A stretch of DNA of 36,441 bases from Catajapyx aquilonaris (Eukaryota). Location: the NCBI GenBank assembly GCA_000934665.2, contig KZ538011.1:124001-160441 (forward strand). Reading direction: 5' to 3'. Of the stretch, positions 1 to 13,121 are shown in pieces. Numbering within the stretch: position 1 is the first letter of the stretch; each line of letters begins with the position of its first letter. The position numbers and the translations under genes are program-made. Under the pieces are notes generated by a model that made no database searches, was not told the origin of the DNA, and saw only the letters and a program-made list of their open reading frames with translations.

Positions 1-1315
1 GAACAAAGCGGTCTCTAATTGATGTGAATATTTATTTTCGTTGTAAATCGGATATTTCAACCTCTTTGAATTCAGTAGTAGAATGATACATTACACGAAA
101 GTTTACATATATTTGACACATCTCGCAGCTACTTACGTACAGTACAAAAGCAATTTGAGGAAAATCATTACTTAAGGCCAAGTATATTCACAAAAATGGC
201 AGATATTCTCATTCGCGTCCATATGCCACAGGCCTTTTGTCGTGCAGTGTAAACTTGACAACTCACGCTATAGTGGGCATTGATAAATTAATTGCAGTCA
301 GACTGAAGTTAAATTAATTAAATATGCAATGAAAATGTACCTGATTAATAATACAACGCAACGGTCTAAAAATGCACAACTCTAATTAGCACAAGTCCTT
401 CGAAGGCACACAAATGCGCATACGATCTTAGGCATGTAATTAACTATTAAACTACTCGTAGAGTACCAGAAGGGTGTATCAATAAATTAACTTCCGTACG
501 TAGGATTAAAAGGACCAAATGAGGCATTATTTATTAATTAATTCAGCTGACCTTTTGCTATACGTTTGTAACCTATTACTCAAACTGAATTATTTTGTCA
601 TCCCTTTCAACAAGGTAAGAAAGTATAATATTAACATTCACAGTTTAAATAATTTTCTAACATATTATTGAAACCCCTGTAAATTTGATCAAATTGGAGA
701 GCCAGGATCTGCAATTTGTGTGTCATAAAATTATAAGCTTTTGCGCTCTGTTGACATGTTCTTTCATGACTATTTGTTCTCATGACTTTTGCATTGATAT
801 AATGACACGAGACCATAATACGAACTTCCCACTGAATTTAATTTCTGCAATAATAATTATGAATAATACTGTCCAAAATTTACAGTCCTGGTCCATATTT
901 AAATTAAATTATTCAGTAGTCAATTTAACCCAAACTATTAATAGCTGGCCTAATTATGCAAAAATTCGGCGAAATCGCAATGTTTACTTAATCTAAATGA
1001 AGTGCCAAAACCTTATATCAAAACCGTCTAAACATCACACGCCTTTAATTGGTCAAACTGCTGCAGGGCACGTAATTAAACACACACTCACAAACACCAT
1101 CAACTCCCCGCTCCGCTACCTGACTTAAGAGCCACGCAAAAAAATAAACCATCCTCTCCATTGCTAATTAACTTACACCCCCTCCTTCTTTTCCCGAAAA
1201 ACCAAATTACAACATTCGCCGCATTATTTTAAAAAAATATGTCCAACGTCTCGGATCCACCTCCGGTAATCGAATTACTTGATTCGATAACGAGTCCTGC
1301 TGTAAATATTCTTCA

Positions 1316-1346
1316 CTCTCTCTCTCTCTCTCGAGAGAGAGAGAGA
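1316..1346. repeat. (CT)n directly followed by (GA)n microsatellite, self-complementary
   Basis: ctctctctctctctctc-gagagagagagaga read directly. Confidence 0.9.
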
Positions 1347-1461
1347 CACTGCTGGTTATACAGACTTGATGGAGACATCGTTTGGCTAAATGGAGCCGGC
1401 TACGTAATGGAGAGGCATGCACACTACAGCACCACCCTTTAACCTACACTGCCCCCCCCCC

Positions 1462-1586
1462 NNNNNNNNNNNNNNNNNNNNNNNNNNNNNNNNNNNNNNN
1501 NNNNNNNNNNNNNNNNNNNNNNNNNNNNNNNNNNNNNNNNNNNNNNNNNNNNNNNNNNNNNNNNNNNNNNNNNNNNNNNNNNNNNN
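1462..1586. other. Assembly gap (N run)
   Basis: Run of Ns after a poly-C tract. Confidence 1.
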
Positions 1587-4500
1587 ACCCTGCTAGAAGG
1601 CAAGAAATCCTGTTGGAAACGGGCTGGTTTTTTGATGTAGAAAGTTGTGTTTAAAAAATCACGGTGAAAAAAAAATAGGGGGGGGGGGGGTTAAGGATGG
1701 CGGCAGATGTGTAAATTTTTTGGAGAGAGTAAAAAAAAGGGGGAGGTAATGTAGGCTTAATGGAGCGGTGGTAATGTGCCGACTCCTTCAAGACGCCAAT
1801 CATTTCCCCATGGGAGGGAGAGGATGGAGACTGCTAAAACATCTCTTGATCGATCCCTTAGCAAAGAGCATGGGAGGAAAACCGCACTAGAATTCGCGAT
1901 GAGGAAGAGGAACCACCCAGGAGTTTGGAGGAAACTATACTGGAGGAAGCACAAACGATGAAAAGAAGAAAAAAATGAAGGAGCGGTATCGGGAGTGCAG
2001 CTGGGCCGATTCCAATCGGAAATTGCTCTTGTAGTTTTGAATTCTGTTGGGCTCACCGCATATTACGGGACAAATTGCTTTCGCTGCCTGAAATTGGCAA
2101 GGTTAGATCAAGACTTTGGTGCTGACACAGGGCGATGCAGTCCAGCCAAAGGAAACTGTTATGTTCGTTAAAAAAATTAACACAATTTATATAACAAAGG
2201 CGCAGTAGGCCCTATAACTTCACCTTCACCAGGCCATCTGTTAGAGCACAAATTGACACTTCATGCCACGACTGCCTTAGTTAATCGCTTAATCGCTTCA
2301 GTGGTTACTGTACAACCTCACGTGATTCCAGAAGTGGTTTGCTCATAGTTGCCTTAAATGTCTCTTTCTCTTCCTAATAGTACCGTATACAGACGTAAAT
2401 AGGTTTGCAATCACTATTTGGAGGAATTAATTTGTTAATTGTTTAATGTTCTTGATATGACAAAGCATTGATGATATTTTATTACTGGCAAATTCTTGAA
2501 ACGAAAATAATCAGGAAAATTGACTAGAACCGTAAATAAATTGCGCGGACGCGCATTTTAACACGCGAGTTACACACGAACCAATAGTGCAAGTCCAACG
2601 TTCCTTATTATGCAAAATTTGGTGTTTAATGGCCTTAATTGTTTTATTGCTGTATAGAAATGTTTTGGAGTGTGTGAATCACGATCATTCTGTAAATCTA
2701 AGCTATGCTTATGGTCGAATGTGGATTTTCCCATTGATTCATATAAGTACTGACCTATACTGCACAGCAGTGAGTAAGCATGACTGCATGGACTTTTCAT
2801 TCAAACAACTCTGGCTCTGCTTCGGCAAGTGTGAGTAATCCGAGACGATTGTTGTACAAACGTCACACACAAACATCAGGCGGAAAGGCTGATGAACGAG
2901 TAACAAACAGCATGATTAATCTTGAACTATCGCCTTCAAAAGTCCTTTGAAGAAACATCCACTGATGTAAAATTCAATATCGCGGATTTAGTGCCGCGAC
3001 CGCCTAATAGAAAATTTCGTCAGCGTCTAACGTGGTTAGAAAATTCATTTCATCAACGCCAATTTATTTTAGTATCCCCCACCTGCTGGCTGCCTACTCT
3101 TTCTCCATCATCTAATCCGTTTACTTTCAGAGTAGCTCCTCCTTTATCTGGAAGATCCGGTCCTCGGGAGACTCGCGATTCCCGGATCTTTTATATACGG
3201 CGCTTTGCCAAGCTGACAGCAACAAAAGGCAGCTGCAGCTTATTGGTCATATATCCGGCCTCAATCTATTTTGTTCTGGGCCTTGAAATTTGGGGGAGTA
3301 GAGTCTGCTGGGAGAGGAAGGGGAGGGGCCTGCCTGCTGATGCCTTTTCACTGATTTACGGATAGTTTTATCCTTTGAAGAAGGAAGAATAATTAGAGCT
3401 CCGGAGTTTCCTGCAAGGTTTAATGAGCCGAGGAGAAAAAAAACGCTCGAGTAATTGAAATAAAGGTATGTTTTCGTGCAACTCTATAGCTCTTGAAGGA
3501 GAATGGGAAATCTGCAGGTGACTCTCACGTCAATTTTTTATACGCGGTACATAGTAATTGTGGCGTAACTGCAAGGACACCTACTGCCAGATCGATTCGA
3601 CAATAGTAAGTCGGCCTTAAGGTTCGCCCCGTCTCTCTATTTAGGCGAGAGGGTTTGGACTGCTAAAATTTTCCTATCGTGTCCAAGCCTGGCTGGGTTC
3701 GAACACGTCCGGGACCACATCAAAGTGAATTAGGCCAACTCAACTTTAATTTGCATTGAACGGAAGTGAGGAAGAGCTGTCGCCGAATTAAGCTGACGTC
3801 CACTTGCACGAAAAAGCAACTATTGGGAGCCGATAAGAATCAAAGTCAATCTAGATCTCCTTTTTGGGCGTGCGATTAAAATACATTGTCCGAAGCTTCC
3901 AATTAGAATTTTTACTACTTGCCAAAACCACCCTTGCAACAAGTAAAGTCTACATTGAAAATCCAGAAACGTTAAAGGCGACAGGATATTGCTGCCTACA
4001 ATTTTCAAAGGTGCAAAATTATAGATTATTTTCTCCATCAATCAGATCTCACAGAAGCAACAGAGAGGGCCACAAGCGTTTCTGATTGTTGATCTTAATT
4101 GCGAGACATTTAAATGACATTTAATTTTCCACAGTAACTACCAGATAGATCTGCATGGTCATCGAAAATCTCTCGAAGCTAATTTATTAATCTGAATAAA
4201 TTTTTGAATTTTTACAGCCTACAATTTAACAGGAGAAAGATTAATTAATTTCAGCAACTAATTCCAGGTAATATCTTGACGCACGAGAGAAGTGCAATCA
4301 AGGAATAATTAATTTTTATGCAAATATTGACTCAGGAAAGAAGCTGATCACTCGGGCGAAGTAGTGAATTCATTTTTTGTACTAAGTAAGATCAATAGAG
4401 GATAACCTTGTTAAAAAGCCATTCAAATAGTTGTGATGCCCAAAATGCAGGGTGGTACAGAGCAAAATATTTCATGAGCTGTGATTGCAGCCTTTCAGCT

Positions 4501-5563
4501 TGGTAACTGGCAAATAATACCTCTACATAAAGTGATCCCCATAACCGTCATTGCAAAACATCCAGCAATAAATTGGTTTATAAACTGAAAAGGCCTGGCA
4601 CAATCTCTTTTCCATTAAATCCGGCTGGATTATTATGTCCCTGTCTCTGTAGTGTATAACCCAGAGACATCACTTGACACATATACCCTTCTCGAAGAAT
4701 GACTTGAGAGCACACTTACCCTAATCATCCTGCCAGCGTCGCCGTCCACTTGCGCCGAGTATGCCTTGTTTTCGTCGCCGTCCTTGCCTCGTTCACTGGA
4801 ATTACACCACAACGGGATTTGACACACTCCAATTATCATTCCACAAAAGCATCTCACTTCCAACTTAAAGAATCACCTCCCTAACACACAAATCACCACT
4901 ACCAACACTCTTATTTTAGCCCCCCCCCCCAAAAAAAAACCACTGGATTATACCTGGATTGAAATAGCCCGATTATTGATTGACTTTTTTGGGGGGGCCT
5001 GCAGCACCAACACTCTTAACGAGCCCATTATTTTTACATATTTTGAGGGAAGGAATGCTCCGCAAAATTTCGCACAAATTATCACCTATGTAATTTTTTT
5101 TGGATGTGGATATCCAGTGGAAGCGCCGCAGCCGCACAACCCAAACTGTATCCAATTCTGGAGGACCTCCAGGACTGGCAAAACCGCTCTCTTGCGCAGG
5201 GTCACTGAAGATTCGCTTCAGCGGGCTGCCACCCACACCACTTATTCACGGGTACTACATGTATGCACTATATTTGAGCTGGGGGGGTGTCTTACGTAAC
5301 TTACCACAGTCTAGTAATAGTAGAGCCTGCGAGGTGTGGCGGGCTCGAGAAGTGCAATCGGACTGATCTGAATCGACTGGAAGGAAAGTTTTTTTTGGCG
5401 AGCGATCCGTATATAAGATATGGGCACGGATGACTTGCGACTGAGTAAAGCGTTGTGTGCCAAAAGGTCACGGACGCTCATCTATGACGTTATCGCAAGC
5501 CTGTAGTTTCATACAGGGTTTGTTGCTCACACGTGCGCATGATTCATAGCGTTGCACAAAAAG

Positions 5564-5757
5564 GTGGAGCTCACTTAATCATTGTTCATTCAGTAAGTTA
5601 TGATTACTCTGACGTCATATGGTTGTCATTTCTGTAAGAATGTCAACAAATGTGGAGTGCCCACTGGGGAGCTGTGGAGCTCACTAATCATTGTTCATTC
5701 AGTAATACTCTGACGTCATCATGGTTTGTCATTTCCGTATAAGAATGCCAACAAATG
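5564..5757. repeat. Two-copy direct repeat (about 85-90 nt copies, 110 nt period), each copy containing TGACGTCA
   Basis: gtggagctcact(t)aatcattgttcattcagtaa...tactctgacgtcat...aagaatg(t/c)caacaaatg at 5564-5652 and 5674-5757. Confidence 0.9.
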
Positions 5758-8467
5758 CAACAAGGTATATTTCAGCCAATTACGACCAACAATATTATCC
5801 TTGTCATCATTCAATTTCTGTTACATGTGCACCTAAGTATCGCGTAAAAAAGGCGCACAACAATATAATCAAATTTAATTTTTGGAATATCGCGCGCGGT
5901 ATTTCTCTGCGAAAAAATATTCGTGTTGCATACCATACGCCACATTATCGTAAATGTTGGGGGGAAAAAGGACATTACCGAGTTCTTAATGTCCCGACGG
6001 TTACGATCATAATCGCTTCAACAAATGATAATAATGGTCACTTGATCCAGGGATAAAGGGCAAGATGGGGGAGGTTTGACGCAAGGACTTGATTCCCTTT
6101 TCACGTTCCCTGCATCCATCGTTCTGGACCCCGTTGAAACAGAAAATATCGAGCGCTGTATCCTTTTTGGAAAAGAGCCAAAAAGTTGGGGAGTCTGCAC
6201 CATACCCACCCTGGAAAAGACCCGAATTCCCCTCGCCAAATTCCATTTTTGCACTACTCGTCTACAGTCCATAGGGCCACCCTCGCATAGATCGTGCACA
6301 GACAGACAAATTTTAATATATTTTTTGGGGGGGAGGGGGCTCCTCCCTCTAGAGGACACATATAATAGTGGCGCGTTGTCTATGCAAGGATTGGTCGAGT
6401 GGAAGAAGAAGAAAATTTCAGATATTTCAGATATTGAGCTTCTTTCGTCGCGTCGACGTTGAGTCATGAAAAGCTTATAGCTCCAGATATCGGTGTTGTA
6501 AAGACACGGATGCAATTCTAACGGTATCGCCTTCTCTCCCTTCCTCCATTTTCCCGTACAATTTCCTGGACTAAATTAGGGCATAGAGAATCTGAACGTG
6601 CCCAGGAGAAACCCCCTCTCTCTTTCTGAGCAGTGTTTCGCAACTAATTACGAGCCGATTCATCCGATATTTAATTATGCAGCAGGGCGTTCATAAAGCC
6701 GAGAAGAAAAGTTTTTTTTTTTTTTCCTTTTCCGTCCGAACCTGTCTGGCATATTATGTCGCGCGGAATAATATCCTTTTTCTTAAAGCTTTGCATAGAG
6801 GTGTCATATTTCTGTATGCAATTAAACATGTTGATCCAAATAATTATTTAAGAAAGCACGTAATATACAAAAAATGAGTTTTTCCCTCCCTTTGAAGCTT
6901 GATCGAATCGTGTTGATTTTCTACAGGGAAAAATTAGATAACTTTTTTGAATTTAATTTCATCCGAAATTTTTGATTTCCTAAGGTCGAACCATATCTTT
7001 TAGAAATTTTATAAAAAAGTAGCTCTTTGAGAAAGCTATCCATTCTGTTAGTGCAGTCACAAAAAGTCGATTATGGAACAAATATTTGTACAGGTGAAGT
7101 CAACACGCCAATTTTCCCCCCTATCCTTAAGTGTATAGACTTGGGAAATTCACCACCCTGTATTTTACATTGGAGAACAGTGGTGTTGTTAGTCGCTGTC
7201 GCAGCCAAACTAAACGTCAAAATTTCTGGCATTCCTCCGCGAAAAATTTATGAGCAGAAATTATTGCGGTTGCGTGTGGCTGGAGTGGCTTATAATAAAC
7301 TCCTGCACATTACTGTGAAGCAAAAACTTGACCATATACATCATTTGGCCATATTTGATGCACATTACTGAAAAATGTTCATTTTTCCGCCTGATTTTCG
7401 TGTCCGTGTAACGCTCTTTCATATACGGACAAGGTTTTGTGCAGTTGTTTCCACCACACATTCCGTATCGACCCCGTCTGTCACACCCCGGAGTTTGTTG
7501 TGGCCATAAACACAGCGCCTACAGTGAGACATTATCATGACTCTCATTCTTGCGGCCTCTTGAGAAACAATCTCAAAACGAGTGTGACAACTCACCCCGA
7601 TCTTCATGCTGTCCTAGCTCATGCTGATGTGTTTTTTTTTTTTCTTCTTCTTCTTCTTCTCCCCAGCGTTTAGTTGTAGAGCATCACCGTGTCTGCTGGA
7701 GGCGACAGATGAGCGTGTTGCGACGGTGTGGATGACGGCACCATGTCTGCTGATGACTGAGCCCGCCAACCGGGTAGGCAAGCACACCTGGAAAAACCAA
7801 TCAATGTCGGGTCGGTATGCTGCTGACGGGGGTTATTCTGTCCCCAGAATATAGTGGAGCCACCTGTCGTAACGGGTTGGAAAAGGACTCTGGACACACA
7901 CTGTGCTCTGTAGGTGGTGCTGGCCTGACCCTGCTGGGTCACTTCAACTTTGGAAGCACGATTTTTATTATGACCAAGCAAATGAATTCGCATCAATAAT
8001 AAGCGTCAAGGTGCAGGACTTGCCGCCATCTCTGGATCGTTCGCCAAATGTGATGAGATCCAGCAACAGGAGGAGAATTCGCAAACATTTTGACACAGTA
8101 TGCTCAGGCATTATCCAATGAAAACGCATTATAAGCAAGTTCTCATGTATCATATCAACTGGTGATAAAATGAGGGGGTGTGGTGGAAAAACGTGATTAA
8201 TACTCTCATTTTTGTCATTTTTGATCCGAACACCTAACAGACACATTGCATATTCCAGCGGCAGAAACAGCTCATACTACACTTTGCGGCCATTTTCAAT
8301 TTTTCATCCTTAGGTCAAGGGTTGAACTCATTTTTTTCAACATTTTTTCTGCAGTAGCCTAGACAACAAGCCTCATCAAATCTTAGCGCAAATCATTTTA
8401 AATAGTATCTGTTACGATGTAGTTGAATATAACCTCGTAGTTACAAATTCCATACAAGGCAATTAAA

Positions 8468-8692
8468 TACCGTCAATTGGGGTGAGATTATGCCAGGTGG
8501 GTTTAAATTTTGCCAAGTGGGGGTGAGATTGTGCCAGTGCATTTTTTGGGACAACAGCAGTGCGCCCTACTGGAAGAAAACTAATTTAGGCATGTTTTAC
8601 TACATTGAGGGATAGTCAGTGTTGGCAATGACGCGTAAAATTCGCACTGTTGTCCAAAAATTGCACTAGCACAATCTCGCCCCGGTATCGGT
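8468..8692. mobile_element. MITE-like non-autonomous DNA element (Tc1/pogo-like end)
   Basis: Arms 8520-8564 (ggggtgagattgtgccagtgcattttttgggacaacagcagtgcg) and 8643-8683 (cgcactgttgtccaaaaattgcactagcacaatctcgcccc) are reverse complements with a few mismatches and small indels. The left end ta-ccgtcaattggggtgaga resembles taccgtaattggggga near 14827. The superfamily assignment is inference. Confidence 0.6.
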
Positions 8693-8935
8693 TTTAATAA
8701 ATTATTGATAATAATATTAATTCATAGCAATAATTATCTCAATTTTGCTCTGTGTTTAAAATGAGTGAAAACCATGGTTACGCTATCCATCCAAATCGAA
8801 AACTCTCACTTACACTCTCAGTTTACATATTTTTGGAATGCTACTTATCGGGCACCTTTACGCCCACTCTGTGCTTGTTAATTGACACTTTCGCACGTAA
8901 TTATATAATAAGAAGGTATCAAGTAAGGAGCGAGG

Positions 8936-11900
8936 ATGCCCATCATCACCTTCGACGACCTGGTGACATCAGGGGCTGCCCAGTCACACGTGCCTCGGTC
9001 CAACTTTCGTACCCGCAAGCCGGACAAGGGTCCCATGGGTGCCAAGGTGGTCTTCGGAGGACGCGCCCTAGACACGGTGTCCAACCCAAGGAGAGAGGCC
9101 AGGCAGGAGGAGATCTTTCAGAACGCGACTCGGGACAGAATCTCCAAGAGGAAGGAGGTGGACTTCTTGAAGAAATGCTGCTCAGATATTGGGTATACCA
9201 GCCTCATTATTTAAGTAAAAGTGGCGCACCATGCCCGAACATTTACTCCACGCATCGCCTATATATGATACACACGTCAAAATATGGATCTTTTCCTAGG
9301 GCGTTGTTCAACGCTGATGTGATTCAGAGATACCACGCGCATCCCCAGGTGGCTGAGAGGAACTACCTGCCTGCGGATTTTACGGGAAAGGAAAGGAAAG
9401 GATTGTACGTGAAGAGACCGTCGTTTGTCAAGAAGGTGCCTTCGTTCGAAAGGAAGCCTTGGGAAACCAGGCCTGACGAGCTGGTGTTTTTGAAGAAGGT
9501 CAGGGAAGAGATTCTAGAGAGGGTCCAGGTGAGTCTGTTGGTGTATAAATTTCCGGCTGGCACACACGATATATTCTTGTCCTTTTGTGTACTTGCAGAC
9601 TGCGTGGGAAGAGACACCTGCAGGCAGCCGGTTTGACATCAGCAGTATTGAGCTGTCCACCAAAACCAAGTCCGAGAGCGAGTTGAACTCCATGGAGCAG
9701 CTGCAGGTGAAGCCAGTTGAGATAGAACAGGAACCAAACTGGCTGATGGACACACTCAGCATGATTCGGGTCAACACCTTGGAGAGCGTCATTCTTCCCC
9801 ATGTCGAAGACGGTAAGTTCAGCCTTTCCTGCATCATTCTCGCCGACCACTAAATATTTTAAAATACTGTTCCGCAGAGGAAGAGCGGTATTACCTGGAA
9901 CAAGGAGTGAAGCAATCCAAGCTAGACCTTCAGCTCTCTTCAGGACCTACCGGAATCTGGAGCGAACCAATCTTGTCTGACTGCAATTCAACCAGTGAAT
10001 TGGTAACGAATTCGTTATGACAGACAAACACAACCAATACGTTTTTGGCTATTCTACAGGGTTCGTTCGACAACATCTTGTCCAAACTGAAGTCGTCCAA
10101 GACCGACCCGAACCTCCTGAGCCAAGGCAGCGGGTACGACCGAAAGCAGGTGGACATGTCCATGTGGCTGGTCCGGAAGATCCATTTTCCAGGACGGTCG
10201 CAATTTCCACGCCGTCTGGAGAAGTACTCGATCCCTAGCATCCTGGACACCAGGAACCAGCAGGTTCTTCCGAGCTACTGGGGGAAATTGGGCAATATCG
10301 GCGACCTTTCCGTGACCATCGCGGACAAGCTGGATGTGGTGGACAGGTGGAGGGAAGTCCGAAACATGGAGTACATGGGCCTCATGGACAACACGCTGGA
10401 CGCTATCAAGAAAGAGATGGTGTCCAAGAGCGGCTGGAGGAGAACTAGGGGTCTGGCCACCTGCATCCGGCTGGCCTACCAGACCATGGGCGAGTTCAGC
10501 CCGGACAAGAGGAGGCTCCAAGGAAGGCTGAGGGAGAAGCACTCCGGGTTCAAGAAGATGCTGGAGGACACCACGGAAGAGATGCTGCATGACCAGCAGG
10601 CCGTAAACAGACTGGGATTCTCCATGCTGCTCTCGTGCATGGGAATGTCCAACGAGAAGTCCAGGAAGGTGATGTTCCAGGCTGCGACCGACCGGATGTA
10701 CGACGTAGACGCCTGGACGGCTTGCTTCAGCCTGGTGAGAGCAGCAACGAATGGTCGCATCAAGAAAAACATTGACAGTTTGTGTGTGATTTAGATCGGC
10801 GAGAAATTGGTGGACGCTGCGGTGATAAGGACCACCCTGAGCCACTGGGCAGCTGCTCGGAACCCCATGGACCTGAGGAGGTCTCTGTGCGCCATGAAGC
10901 AGGTGACAGTGGCCGTTCCTGGAGTGGTCAACGCCATGTGCACCCGCCTGTCCAGCTCCGACTGGGAGACCCGCCTGAGGGTGTGCAAGACCCTGGAGAT
11001 CATCAACGTTCCTCTGAGCAAGCTAGTGGCCTCCGAGCTGATGAGGGTCATGCAGGGTGACCTGAGCAGCGAGGTTCGCTGGGCAGCCGCCAGTGCTCTT
11101 CGGGCCACAGGAAACGCCCACCTTGTCCACAACATCTGCGTGAGGTTCCTCAGCCAGCCGGAGCCGGCCGGACCACTGGAAGGAATGCACATCATGGAGA
11201 GCCTTGGATCAGGTATATAAAGTCAAAGCCAGTGTATCCGAATCGTGTTAAACTGCACTGTTTGCATTTCAGAGAAAGTGACCGGTGCCATGTTGGCTGC
11301 GTTCGTGGATTGCATGAACAGCAAGAACATGGTGATAAGGATGGAGGCTCTGAAGCTGGCCAGGAAGATGAGGCTGTGCGACGACCAGGTGGTGGAGACG
11401 CTTCAGTCGGTGATCGAGACCGATCCCAGCGTCAACGTCAGGGAATCTGCCATCCTAGCCATCGGTAAATGATCGAGTCCGAAGAATATTATACGTGCAA
11501 ACAATCGTTCACCCGCTGTTAAGAACCGGGAAAAGCGATTTTGCATGTGCGAGGGGAAGTGCTGGCTGTATATAGGAAACGGGGACACCTTGAGATTTGG
11601 AATGAGATAAATACATTTAATCGGCGGGCGGTCTCAATAGGGGTCAACAGTGAAGGAATGAGAGTTGCCAATGACACGATAATTCTCCTGCCAATGATAC
11701 ACTGTGGGGTTGCGTTGCGTGTTTTGCCTTATAACACTATAGCCACAAATAAGGTCAAGTAGTTTAGACAGCCACATGCAATCAGCCTTTTTGTAGCAGT
11801 ATCCAAACGGAAGTATAGAAATCTGATGTAACGTTTAAAAGGAAATAATGTTAGGACCATTATTTTTTTCCCCTCCTTCCCTTTCCTTCAGGCAACATGG

Positions 11901-12413
11901 GAGTAAGGACCATTCCGATAGAAGACCAGCTGGTGGCCGCAATCCGTTACGACCGCAGCTCTAGGATACGGATGGCGGCGGCCAACTCCATCCTGGACCT
12001 ACAGGCCTTCACCCCGACCATCTACCGGGCAGTCAAGGCCTGCTGCTGCGTCGAGGACAACCCAGAGGTCTGCGAGCTTCTCCAGAGGATCGTGTCCATG
12101 GAGGACAAGGAGATAGATGAGGTAATAAGGCCCAATCGAGCAATCCGCATCTGATGTTAACACCATTTCTGAACCATAGCCGTTGTTCGAGCCTACCAAG
12201 AAGACATCAGGAATGACGCTGCTGTTTAAGAGGAACGAAGAGACCTCTAATAAACCGCAGACCCCGCAGTCTCCTCTTGGAAAGGAACCCTATACGCTGT
12301 CCGAAGAGCTGCTGAGGAGCCATCTGAAGGGTCGGGTCGCAAACCAGAGGTCTTCAGTACCGAGGGTGTCCAGTATGAAGGTCGCTTCAGAGGAGATCCC
12401 TGCGAGAAAGTGA
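8936..12413 (+). CDS. HEAT-repeat (PBS-lyase/armadillo-type fold) protein, possibly HEATR4-like; about 857 aa, 9 coding exons
   Basis: Exons 8936-9192, 9300-9528, 9599-9812, 9878-10002, 10060-10734, 10795-11212, 11273-11464, 11892-12121, 12180-12413. All introns are GT-AG with consistent phases, total 2574 nt with no internal stop. C-terminal half has HEAT-type motifs: SSDWETRLRVCKTL, DLSSEVRWAAASAL, SKNMVIRMEALKLA, DPSVNVRESAILAIG, DRSSRIRMAAANSI. HEATR4 orthology is only a guess from architecture. Confidence 0.8.
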
Positions 12414-13121
12414 CAGACTCCGAAGTCAAGGATGTCGGGGACACTGAAAACGCCAATCAACTGAGGTCGCGTTTGCATGTTCAAGGACGTGGCATGACAG
12501 GGGAAAAAAATTTACTGTTGCCGCACAGTGGTGCAATTAAAGGGAAGCATTTCCGTGACGGGGACGATAAGGACATCTTTTATTCAGGCGATGGCTGGCT
12601 GGTGGAAACAGTGGATAGCCGAGTCAAGGTTGGGGGGTGTCTTTGTGCGAAATTTTTTGAGGAGGTTTTTCCTTCGAAAAATAAAGTGTGGGGTTTTTTT
12701 ACTGGAATTTGTGCCGGGGTCATTTCTTGGAATTTGGGAGCGTGTGCATGGTGTACTACACGCGTATCGATCATTGCGGTCAGTGACTCGAAACGAGTGC
12801 AAGGGCACGGATTGATTATTTTTTTATAAGGAAATGTCATAATACAAAGAGGTCGTTTCCTTCGCAGGGCGTGACTTATTCATAGGTTTACAGCAGAGAC
12901 GTTTGGCGAATCTTGGCGCGTGGTTCATTCGTTGTGGTTACCAAGTCTTGTGTGTCTGAGAGCAAGGTTTCATATCGGCTCGATAATAGTACATGGAGGT
13001 GATGTGCGAAGGGCGTAGGAGACAAAAGGTGCATTGATTAGAAGCAGGAGGTCATGGTGCGGCACGAAATGGTTTGGCCCATTGTCGATGTAACCGGACG
13101 TCCGTCATGACGTGAAGAAAG

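Noticed and set aside
3610..3745. Possible second SINE (gttcgaaccc B-box-like)
   Set aside because: No convincing A-box and no second copy in the window.
631..7461. Numerous 60-165 aa ORFs in the left region
   Set aside because: No recognisable domains, codon bias or consistent splice chain; consistent with chance ORFs.
8752..9636. 294-aa ORF as a standalone gene
   Set aside because: Only 9300-9528 is the true coding frame; the rest is off-frame exon 1, upstream DNA and introns.
10792..10794. In-frame TAG suggesting readthrough or a pseudogene
   Set aside because: It is the acceptor of a 60-nt phase-0 intron (10735-10794).
10054..10845. 263-aa minus-strand ORF
   Set aside because: Antisense shadow of GC3-rich HEAT-gene exons; no recognisable motifs.
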